Of a stretch of DNA of 64,000 bases, positions 33,951 to 44,100 are shown one piece after another; positions within the stretch are counted from its first letter, which is position 1; each line of letters starts with the position of its first letter. The notes under the pieces are model-generated. The model did no database searches. It was not told the DNA's origin and saw nothing but the letters and a program-made list of their open reading frames with translations. The DNA comes from Camelus ferus (lineage: Eukaryota): assembly GCF_009834535.1 (NCBI RefSeq), contig NC_045727.1, forward strand, positions 10,292,001-10,356,000. The letters run 5' to 3'. The position numbers were made by a program, and so were the translations under genes.

Positions 33951-34586
33951 CAGAGGGGTCGGGGTGAGGGTAGTCCCGGCAGGCCTTAAAAGAGGGGTTA
34001 GATTCAGGCCTTCACGTGTGTTGGGAAGCGTGCTTGCCGCCAGGGCGGGAGACCAGTCAGGAGATGGTTCTGGTCCATTCGTTTACTAGATACCACTTGG
34101 GAAGGATGCTCTTGGGGATACAGGAGTGATGAGAACAAAGCCCTGTGCTCCTGGCTCCTTCATCCTGGTTCAGGGCACAGTGAGGCCTTGGAGCTGTTGG
34201 AGAGGGGAAGCAGTGAGGGGTTGTGTTCACTGGACGGGGCAGCAGGACTGGTATGTTTGAGAGAGAACGGTAAGTCCGTGATAAATGGAAAATGGGAAAG
34301 ATGGTTTGCAGCCTATATGGAAAGATTAGTAATTTATGTGTGTGTGTGTGTGCGCGCTGACTCAGAGCACTCCCTGCGCTGGCCAGGGGTGGGCGGGTGC
34401 CTGGAGGAGGGAGCTGTCCGGGGGCACATGGGGACAAAAGTGACCGGGTCTCCTTTGCAGCGGTCCCTCTGTGAGAGCGAGCGGGCAAGAGTCCGGGCCG
34501 CACAGAAGCATGGCCTGGTGTGGACCCCCAGGCAGAGCCCCCCTGCAGACTGGCACCTCCCTCTGCCTCAGGACAAGGACAGCTGA
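33455..34586 (+). CDS. C22orf39: C22orf39 / PANTS ortholog (UPF0545), 105 aa: join(33455..33478,33653..33820,34461..34586)
   Basis: MANGGGWR-PPRPCEAYRAEWELCRSAGHFLRHYYVHGERPACGQWRRDLASCREWEERRSAEAQ-RSLCESERARVRAAQKHGLVWTPRQSPPADWHLPLPQDKDS*; phase-0 GT-AG introns; syntenic position. Confidence 0.95.
33524..33610. repeat. About 34 bp GC-rich minisatellite x2.5 in C22orf39 intron 1
   Basis: ggtggtgaccgggtccgggccgagcgggg at 33548-33576 and 33582-33610, plus a partial copy from 33524. Confidence 0.85.
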
Positions 34587-37029
34587 CCAGCGCTCTGTAT
34601 GTCTCACACCCCTACCGCTGTGATTGACCTCGACCATCCAGTGGGTCCCTGAGAGCCCCGCCTCTGGCCTCACCTGCTGCCGCACCTGAACCGGTGCACC
34701 CAGTGCACATCTTCCAGGCCACAGGCAGCACTGCCAATCCTGCGGGAGGTGGTCAGGCTGGCTGTGCTCCCCTGGGGATTGTCCCCCACCCCAGGGGCTG
34801 CGTTCTTGGGGGGCAGGAGGGGAGAGGATGGGCTACCAGGGCTCCACCTGGGCCCTCCTTGCTCTGGACCTCGTGGGTGAACTCTCCAGAGGTAGCCTTG
34901 ACCCATGTGGACATGCAAGGAGCAAAATAAGGTGGCCAGGTAGCCTCGCCTGGCTCTGGTTCGGTGCCGGCCCCGCTGAGGCTCCTCCCTCAGCCCCTCA
35001 GCAGCACAGGTGGGCCCCCCAGGGCCTTTTGGAGATGCTCATGGCTCCAGGATGGGATGCACACCCTTGTGTGAACTGGGTTTGTGAACTTTGGTCTTCT
35101 TCCCTCCTCCTTTCCCTGGTCACTTTTAGAAAATGCGGAGTATATCAAAGGACATTTCACTCGTTTGAGTCCAGATAGAAGCTGAAAATTCAATCCAGGT
35201 TAACTGCTGAGATAGTTCGATGTGGTACCTGGCCTCATGCTCATGCAGGATGAGAGTTCTGCGTGCTTGTGTTCCTGCTGGTGTTTGTGAAATAGATGCA
35301 GGTGAACTGACGGAGGTGCCTCTGTTACTGACAAGAGCCCCTCCCTCACGCCACAGCCCTAGCCCAGCCACAGGGTAATCTGTCACTTCAGAGGGGTGTG
35401 CATTAAAGAACAAATTGTCCTGTCATGTGGCTTCTCTACCAGGTGCCTTAGAGCCCTCTGTGACTGCTTGTGTACCTGGGAGTAGTGGAGGCCGTGCACG
35501 TGGGGCCCTGGTCATCTGCCCTGTGTGTCCACCTGAGTGTGCGGAGGGGAGCCAGGGTCCCCCACCCCAGGGGCTGTGTGCCGGGGGGCAGGAGGGGATA
35601 GGGTGGGCTGCCAGGGCTCCACCTGGGCCCTACTTGCTCTGAAGCCCCGGCAGGGACACAGGAGCCTTGCAGTCGCACATGTGCCTGGAATCACAGCAGC
35701 TCCTCACTGCTTCCTGGCGCAGGGCTGGGCAACATGAGGTGCCGGAGCGGCAGCCAGGGCAACAGTCTTGAGGGGCACCTCTCGCAGAGCCCCTGCCATG
35801 TGAGGGCCGCGGGCTGCCAGCACCCAACGCCCCGTTAGAAGTCCTGTTCCTTCTTGGATACTCAGTGGGTTCCACACCACTGATGACCGTCATTCTGGAG
35901 AATATTCCCACACCCTCCCCTGTCCACCCCTGGTGTCTGCACCCATGACAGGACCAGAGAGTCCAGCAGAGTTGAGGGAACAGATGTGAACATTCAAACA
36001 TCAGCTGTGAGGAAAATGGACAGAGTGACAAGGAAGAGCAAATTCTTTCAGATTCTTGGGACCAAGCCCGTGATAACGAGTGTTTTACGTTGTGACCTGG
36101 TGTGTCCTGTGACATACTGCATGTGTCACTGGAACTGGTGTCCCAGCGCTGCACTGGCCTGCACCATGGGGAGCCGGCAGTTTGGGTCTGCTGCATGTGC
36201 CACCCCTCAGAGCCACATTCTGGATCCACAGGGTCACACATGTGGTTCCATTACATAATACCATGAAATGATACAGAGATGGGAAGGCTATGGGGTCAAG
36301 GGTCAGGGCTGGGAGGAGATGTCCTGAGGTGCCTGGACCATGGGGTAGTTGTATGGGACCACACTGGGATAAGATAGACGCGGGCCACCATGGGTCTGAA
36401 CACACGGTGTATAAGATGTGACACTGGGGGAGCCACACACTGACTGCCCTGTGTGGTAATGTCTAATCTGTTGGAAACTTGTAATTACTCCTAAATAAAA
36501 GGTTAAAATGAAACAGCTGGCCATGACCCGCTGAGTTGATTGTACACCTAATGGACAAAATCTGACTTTCCAAAGCACCTGTGATGGGCAGGGAGGTGGG
36601 GGAGGTGCAGCGTCGGCCCAGACCAGAAGGAGGCAGTTGCAGCCCACCAAGGCAAAGAAAGGGCCACACAAGACATGAGGAACAAGTGCCCGTGCCCAGG
36701 GGGTGGGGGGCAGCGCCAAGCTGCAATTCTGGGGGTGGCAGGCCAGCTGGCCAGCGGCTGCAGAAGAGGCAAGGCTGCAGGACTCAGGATCCCATGTGAC
36801 TTCCTGATCCAGTAAAAGCGCTTATCTGGTGCTTAAACCAAAGTGGACCCCACACAGGGAGCAGGGACAGGGGCCTGTTTCCCTGGTTGGTTTGCACTCA
36901 GGTGGTAAAGGGGCCCTGATGCAGACATGGCTCCCTGCTGATCCCGAACCCTCCCCTTGAGGCTGCATCACATCCCCGCCTCCTTCCTAGATGCACTGGC
37001 CAACACCCCCGCAGCTTGGGGGGACTCTA

Positions 37030-37290
37030 TATGGAGTCGGGGTACTTATATGTCATTAGGTTAAAATGAGGCCTTTGAGGGGATAGGATCCAATCTGACT
37101 GGGGCCCCTGCAAGAAGAGATGCAAGACACACACACACAGACGGATGAACACGTGGGGACACGGGGAGAGGCCTCAGGAGGAAACAGCCCTGCAAAAGCC
37201 TGGCTCTTGGATATCCAGCCTCCAGAGAAACGCTTTCCTGTTTAAGCCCAGAGTCCGCAATGTTTTGTTCCGTCGGCCAGAGCTCACCGC
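37030..37290 (+). mobile_element. MaLR LTR (MLT1-type) fragment between C22orf39 and MRPL40
   Basis: aatccaatctgactgg-like, gcctcaggaggaaacagccctgc, ccagcctccaga, tttaagccca motifs. Confidence 0.7.
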
Positions 37291-37646
37291 TCCAGGCGCA
37301 CAGCACCTGGACACACCTAGACGACAGAGTACCCTCAGCTGGCCAGGTATCGCACCCTGGAGCACAGGGCAGCTGTAACTGGAGTCCTGGAGGGCCTGCT
37401 GCCTCCTCTTCTGTCTAGCAACCCCCACCCCCCAAGGCTGGCCCTGCTCCTCCCCCTGTGCTGCTGCCTGTCCCTCACCTCCACTCCCTCCCGGGGAGCT
37501 CTCTGCCTCCTGCTGGTGGAGTCAGCCCCACATACCTGGAGGGCAACGGGCAAGGTCTTAGCCCTCCTCTCCCCCAGGCGAGCCTCTCTCACCCCCCGCA
37601 CAGCCTCGGGTGAATTAATTTTGACTCTGACACTTGCTCTTAAATA

Positions 37647-37652
37647 TTTATT
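37647..37652 (-). terminator. MRPL40 polyadenylation signal AATAAA
   Basis: TTTATT on + strand, about 60 nt downstream of the MRPL40 stop. Confidence 0.7.
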
Positions 37653-37711
37653 CACTGCATGCCGTCACAGGCAGGCCTGACCCAGGCATCTGGGCGCGGC
37701 TGCCAGCAGCT

Positions 37712-38036
37712 CTACCTCTTGAACTCCACCTGTGTGTACACTTTGGTGATGTCGTGGTACCTGCCTTCTGGGGGCTGGTAGTTGGAGATGGGAGGCGTGT
37801 AATCTGGTCCTTGTCTCTCAAAGGGGAACAGACCAGGGTCCCGTTTGGTGGCCTCAGCATGGAGCTCCGGGGCTGTGAGCTGCAGCTCCCGCAGAGCTTC
37901 CTGCTGGGCCTGGAGCAGGGACCGGACAGCATCCCTCTCCGCCTCATGCTCCCGCTGCTTGTACAGTGACCACTTCTTCAGAAGCAGGGCCCTGCGCTCG
38001 CTCTCCTCGAAGGGGAGCTCTGCCGGAGGCCGCTGT
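37712..38036 (-). CDS. MRPL40: MRPL40 exon 4 coding part
   Basis: [26 protein letters not shown]...YTQVEFKR*; AG acceptor 38038-38037. Confidence 0.96.
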
Positions 38037-40180
38037 CTGGGAACACAAGAAACCAAGGGCATGAGCACTGGCCTCGCTGACCAACCTCATGCCACCCCAG
38101 CATCCCCACTGCCAGACACGGAGGGAACTTGGCGACAAGTTGAGGAATGGAATGTTGAATGTGGCAGTAGCAGCCACGACCGCCAGGAACCAGTGCGGTT
38201 TGCTCCACGTGGAGACAAGAAAGAATAGAAGCACCTCCTTGGCTCCAGGCGGGGCTGCCTGTGCTGAGAGGGGCTCTGGGAAAAGCCAGGCACTGTTATG
38301 AAAGTGGACAGCAAAATCCCAATGAGTCAAGTGCCTACACCAGCCCAGGAGGCCCAGAAAAACACCTGCGTGTCCACTTGCATGGCAAAGTGTTACTTTA
38401 TAAATGGTACGTGCTTCTTACAGGAAGGCAGCAACCCCACCAACCCCACACATGACACACCCCAACTATGAGTATCTGCATCTGAGAGCAAGAGGCTATG
38501 GTCTCCTACCATCAGGATGGGGCAGCAGCTGCAGTCCCGGGCCCAGGTCGTCCGTCACAGCTGACTCCTCTTGCAAGGGCAGCAGTGCGAACTCGCTCAG
38601 GCACCTGCCCTGCTCATCAGCCATTGCTGAGTTTCCCTCCCGCACTCAGCAAGGGCAGCCTGAACCCAAGAAGACTTTCTCCAGCTCCCACGAAGACAAT
38701 CCGGGAGAAAAGGACTCAGACGAGGCCAAGTCAGCCTGAACCTACGACCCCTTCCCATTACAGGTGCAAACAGAACCCCTGAAGGTGACAGAACTCCTCT
38801 GCTGGAGGCCCCCCACCCAGAGGGAGGGCCCTCACCTTGTTTTGTTCAAGAACTTGACTGGCGTGATGAAGTCCTCAATGGGAATTAGCTCCTGGCTTGC
38901 CTTTTCCAGCCGTCGGATCCTCTTTTTCAAGCGGTCCTTTGCTGCCTGGTCCTTTTTGGGATCAACTTTTTTCTTCTTTCGCAGAGGCTCTGCTCTAAAG
39001 GGTAAAGCAAACATGAGATATGTTCCTCTTCTGTCTCGTGAACATGCAGAGACGTGGCGCCCGATGAAGCACCCCCAAACGCACACTGAACTCTCCACTA
39101 GGTAAGGAACTATGTGAGCCTGAACTCCTAGGCTGAGTGTGGCAGGGAGACCATATCCCGAGGGTCCTGCTGAGAACCCCGTAGGCACAGCCACCCCAGG
39201 AAGGGGTGGCGAAACTTCATGGGATGTCAGGATAAATTAAAGGAAGGGCTCATCTTTACAACTGGGGTTCGGGGGCACCTTGAGGTAACACTGAAAAGTA
39301 AAAATAGCAAACAGATGAATTAGAAGTTTATTATTCAGATCTTGAATGGATTTGTGATTTATAACGTTGATTTGATAAGACTAAGAAAGTCTAGTAAAAG
39401 TGACTGGCAAGTTCTTACTTACTTTTCAAGATTTTTTAACAAATTTCCCCATCCCCGAGCACTGACAAAAGTTTGATTTACTCTGAGGAACACATCTCCT
39501 ATGATGATAATAAACTACTGAGAACACATCAAATCCTCCGGTATCAAGACTGAGTTTCATGAATCAAATCCCTAGAAAGAATCCGGCATCCCAGGTGGAA
39601 AAACGAATCCTCACACATCGTCCCACCTCTCCAGGGAGCAAGAAATCAAAGTGCTGGGCTCTTTAAAACACACACGAATCCCTTCAAGGCTAGTTTTTCT
39701 TTAGGCCGCTTTTACACTTGGTTTTTGTTTTCTGATTACAGGCAGTAACAGTGTTCCGTATGAAATGACAAAAAAAGTTTCTGCCTGAATGTAACCGAGA
39801 TCCTTTGCCAACCGAGCGCTGGGCGTCCCGGCGCGTCCCCGCGGGCGACTGAGGCGGGGCCCGCAGCCGGGCTTACCTCATGGGCACGAGTCCCCAGAAG
39901 GACAGCAGCGAAGCCCGCTGGTGCGCGTCCCTGGTCTGCGCCGGCCACATTCCCAGAAGCCTGCAAGAGACGGCGCATGAATAAGCGCCTGACTCCGCCG
40001 CCCGCCCGCCGGGAATGGAGAACTCAGTGATGACGCCCTCGTAACTGCTGGGTCAGGCCGCCAGGCCGGCGGGGAGTCTTCACCCACGTCCCCGCGCGTC
40101 CTGGGCTCCCGGCCGGGCCGCACTCACCTGCTGGGCGGGCGCAAAGCGCACCAGACCGCCCCCAGCGCCGCGGCCGCCAT
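37712..40180 (-). CDS. MRPL40: MRPL40 (mitochondrial large ribosomal subunit protein mL40), complete: join complement(40128..40180,39877..39960,38836..38994,37712..38036)
   Basis: 53+84+159+325 = 621 nt = 206 aa + TAG; [23 protein letters not shown]...[16 protein letters not shown]...[13 protein letters not shown]. Confidence 0.97.
38836..38994 (-). CDS. MRPL40: MRPL40 exon 3 (159 nt)
   Basis: [52 protein letters not shown]; AG/GT. Confidence 0.96.
39877..39960 (-). CDS. MRPL40: MRPL40 exon 2 (84 nt)
   Basis: [27 protein letters not shown]; AG/GTAAGC. Confidence 0.93.
40128..40180 (-). CDS. MRPL40: MRPL40 exon 1 coding part (53 nt, mitochondrial presequence start)
   Basis: GAGCCATGG Kozak context; donor GTGAGT; phase fits exon 2. 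Confidence 0.9.
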
Positions 40181-41107
40181 GGCTCCGGGTCGGGGACGGC
40201 GCTTCCGGGAACGCACCCCTCGGCGGCCAGGCCCGCCGTGCGTTGCTCACCCGTCCGGCCGCCGCGCCGCCCCGCGTTCCCGCGTTCCGGCCGCCGCGCC
40301 TGGCCCGCCCCCCGACGTGGCCCCGCCCCCGTGCCCGGTGCCTCGCACCTCGCGCCGGCCGGGGTCCTTCTTCCCGCCGGCGCTGCCCCGGCCGCTCCCA
40401 GGCGACTCGGCCTGCGCTCCGCGAGGGCCGAGCCTGCAGTGCAGCCGGCCGTCCAGTAAGCGCGCCCGCCCGGGCCGGCTCTCCCGCCGGCGTCCGAGCC
40501 AGGGCCTCGGTGACTGCACCCCGCGCGGCACGTGGCCTGCGCTCGCGGGTGCCCAATGAACGCGCGCTCGGGCAGGCGGAAGCCAGTTAATTAGTCTGCT
40601 CGACACCGGCGGGCGGAGCCGCGAGGCCGTCCGCGCCGCGCCGTCCCGCCTGGCTCCGCCGGCCCTCCGCACCCCTGACCCTGCTCGCCCGCCCGCCTGC
40701 TCCCGGCCGGCCGTCCCCTCGCCCGCGGCCCCGGGGGGCGGACCCACCTGCCCGCCCGCTGGCCGGCCGAGGAGTCGGGCGGCCCGTGCGCACGGGGAGC
40801 GGTTTCCCGCCGGGGCGGTTTGGCAGGTGCGCGCCGTGACTTCCGGCGTTGCCCGGGAGCCGCCGGAGGAGGAGCGGCGCAGGGGATGCGGCTGTGGCGG
40901 CGGCGGCGGCGGCCGAGCGCGGGGGTCGGCTGTGGCGGCGGCGGCGGGGGGCGCGGGCCGGAGATGGCGCGGCGGCGCTGAAAGCGCGGGGCGGGCGGCG
41001 GCCGAAGGGCGGGCGGCGCGGGCAGCGGCGGCGGCGGCGGCGGCTCCATGGCTCGGGCGCGCTGAGGGACGCGGCTCTCGCCTCAGCCCGGCGGCGGCGG
41101 CCGAACA

Positions 41108-41144
41108 ATGAAGCTCCTGAAGCCGACCTGGGTCAACCACAATG
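41108..41144 (+). CDS. HIRA: HIRA exon 1 coding part (37 nt)
   Basis: [12 protein letters not shown]; donor GTGAGT. Confidence 0.96.
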
Positions 41145-44100
41145 GTGAGTGCGCGCGGGGGTCGCGGAGAGCCGAGCCCGCAGCCGGGCCGGGGTCCAGA
41201 GCTGGGCGGGAGGCGCGCGCAGGCCCTGCCTGCCTGGCTCCGATGCCAGGTGCCCGGTGCCCCGGCGGCGGAGCGGACTCTGCCCTCGCGCGGGGAGCCA
41301 GGGAGCTGGGCACGTGCTCCGCCCGGCCGCGGCCACGTCCGCCCTCGCCCCCGGCCACCCACCCGTGGGCCGAGCAAGGGTCGCGGCCTGGCCCCGGGGA
41401 GCAGCCCTAGGAGCCGGCCGGGTCGTGCGGGGTGGTCCAGTGTGTGAAACCGGGCCGGAATCCCCGCCGTGACCCTTCAGTTGTGGGGTGCAGACCTGGC
41501 ATGGGCATGCTCTACCATGCGGAAGGGCTGGATCTGGTGACAGTGCCTCCAGTGGGGACTGTGGCTGCGGCCCAAGGCACCACGTGCACTCTGAGCTGGA
41601 GCATCTGGGTGACTTGAGTTGAGGCCCATAGGGCAGAGGTGTGTTCTGGAAGAGGGTCTTCCTTAGCTCTGTGGCAGGGGCTCCAAAGCACACCCTGGGA
41701 AACAGACTCATCCAGGCCTCTGGTTGGGAAGAGACTCATACAGAGAAACCCGTGGCAACCAGCAGTTTCGTCACAGTTCCATCTTGTCTGCACACCTGCT
41801 GCAGGAGTTGGCCTTGCTCCCCCAGGAGGTGAGGGGAGAAAGTCACCATCTCCCTGCTGACAGTGCTGAAGCCCCTGGGAACAACCCAGGGCCCACAGCT
41901 GGCTGGCCTGCCTGCCTGCTGATAGCAAAGGGTCACCCTGATTCGTTCCTCTTTTCTACTTGGCTGTGCGACTAGAGGGAGCCACGGTTTTCTTTTAGAG
42001 CAAGTGAAGTGGATGGTCTTGCTTTTCTGAAGCATGTAGCTTTTAAGTTTTGAACTTGATCCCTGGACACTTTCCACCTCTTGTCTGTTCCTTCAGTCTG
42101 TGTTCCCCTGTCCCATTTCCTGCAGGACATCATCCTCATTTTTCAGGCCCGGGTGAGGTCGCTTTCTCCTGATGTTACCGTTGCTCCTGAGTTGCTCTGG
42201 ATGTGCTCTGTTCCTGTGAGTGTGCACTCCGGGCACTCGCCTCCGTGTTCTCTGTCACTGTCAGCAGTGCCTTCCACACAACAGGCACTTGATGATGTGG
42301 GCCGGCACAGCTGTGAGCTGAGGTGGCCCTGACCTACAGAGACAGCGAGACTTACTGTGCGTGAAAGCAGAAGCGCGGGGGTCTAGTTTCGCTTCTCCTG
42401 TGTTGCTCTCCAAGAGCGTTTCCTGATGTGAGTGTGAGCTCTTCTCTGGAGAACAGGGCAGACATTCAGTAGTTACACACTGTGGTGCTGGTGAATCAGG
42501 AAATGTCGTATTATGAGTTTGCGGCTGTGCGAGTGGCATCTGAAGGAATTTGCAGTTTGCACCACTTTGCCTGGATGAGTTTGTGTGTGTAGCGGACCGT
42601 TCTCCAGTCTCTCTTCTGCCCTGTAATTTCTCACTTGATGGCGAACTTCTATGTAGAACACAAGTTTTATGCTGTGTAAGCATAAGTCAGTCAAGATGCT
42701 TAAGCGATTATTTAAGTGCAAATGAGTGAGAGTCTTTGACCAGGTCAGCAGCCAGTCATCCCAGCCTGGCAGAGTGGGCAGGGCAGTGAGCCTGGGGCCT
42801 CTCTGCCGTCCTAGAGCAGAAACTATGGTATCTGCCCCTCCATCTTCATGGTCCGGTTATGGTGTTCTCTTGGGAAGGAAGACAGCTCTCCAGGCTATAA
42901 AGTGCTTTGGAAACCTAATAGACAGTGATCAAAGCAATTGAGACTCTTTAAAACCTGTTCTTTGTCAAATTTCCTCTCTTTTAAAATCTCTTGAAATCCA
43001 CCCTGTCCCATGGAGTGTTTGGCGGGGCTATGGGGATAAATTACTGCTGTCCTGAAGGACACAATGATGGTCCGAATCACTGCTGAGCCTCCCGTAGAGA
43101 CTGGTGGGTGTTAGGAGCTGCCTGGAGTGGGGAGAGGGGTGGGCAGGAAAGCTGCCAGCCGCACTTGGGATTAACAAACCAGGAGGAGTGTGGTGCTTTG
43201 GAGAGTGCACCATTGCACTTTCCGGCTTCCCAACTCTGCATTCATGTCTCCTGACTCCTTATTCAGCTCAAACATACTTTTTCTGGTGTCTGAGTCCAGA
43301 GAGGGAAAGAGCAGAGAGTCCTGCGCTTTCCCTGTGGCTGTGACTGGAGAGGGCAAGTTGAAAGCCCTGGAGAGGGCAAGTTGAAAGCCGAGGGGGAAGC
43401 AGCTACTGGGGGTGGGTGTGCTCTGGGTCTTCGTCTTTCCAGCCTTTGGTGATGGTAAGACCTCTTCTCCAAGGCAGGGTTTCTCTGTCTCTGCGCTGTG
43501 GACATTTTGGACCATGTTGTTGTAGAGACCAGCCTGCATGTCTTGGGACGTTGGCAGCGTCCCTGGCCTCTCCCCACCCAATGCCAGTAGCACCTTTACA
43601 CACACACCCTGTTGTGACAATTGAAAGTGTCTCCAAATGTTGCCAGTGTTCCCTGTTGGCCAGATCACCCCCACCTGAGAATCACTGTTGTAAGGTGATC
43701 AGGAAGTTCATAGATCTTTAAGTCGTATCACAGTAACGAGCCTTGGACTTGGAATCAGACTGACTACCACACACCATCGTTTATCAGCTGTAAGTCTTGT
43801 GCTTGTGGCTCCACTTCTGGGCCTCGCTAAAGCTGAAGAAACGTGCTCCTCCCTGCATTTCGCCGTCCCAGATGTTAAAGACTGTCTTTGATTAAGATGT
43901 GCAGCAAGAGCTGATGATGCTTCTCATGTACACGGAAGTCATATGTTAGGCACTGTTCTCACACAGCCACCTGGTTCACTCTGTTTTTGGCTATAGTATT
44001 CCGTTAATATTTTATTTTAGGCTTGGCCAAAATAAGGTTCATTTCTAAGTTAGGTTATGACCATGTATTGGTCAGAAAGTGAAAGCAGTTGGGCTTTTGG

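Larger units (their letters stand above)
39800..41480. promoter_or_regulatory. CpG island / bidirectional promoter of MRPL40 (-) and HIRA (+)
   Basis: Extremely GC/CpG-rich; ATGs at 40180 and 41108 are 927 nt apart; ETS-like CTTCCGG motifs near 40202 and 40840; CCAAT at 40554. Confidence 0.85.

Noticed and set aside
39501-39521. ATGATGA...CTGA box C/D-like motif in MRPL40 intron 2
   Set aside because: Only about 10 nt between boxes and antisense to the host gene; not a snoRNA.
40247-41377. 376-aa - strand ORF and other long ORFs over the MRPL40/HIRA CpG island
   Set aside because: Low-complexity Pro/Ala/Arg translations expected in extremely GC-rich DNA with few stop codons; no recognisable domain.
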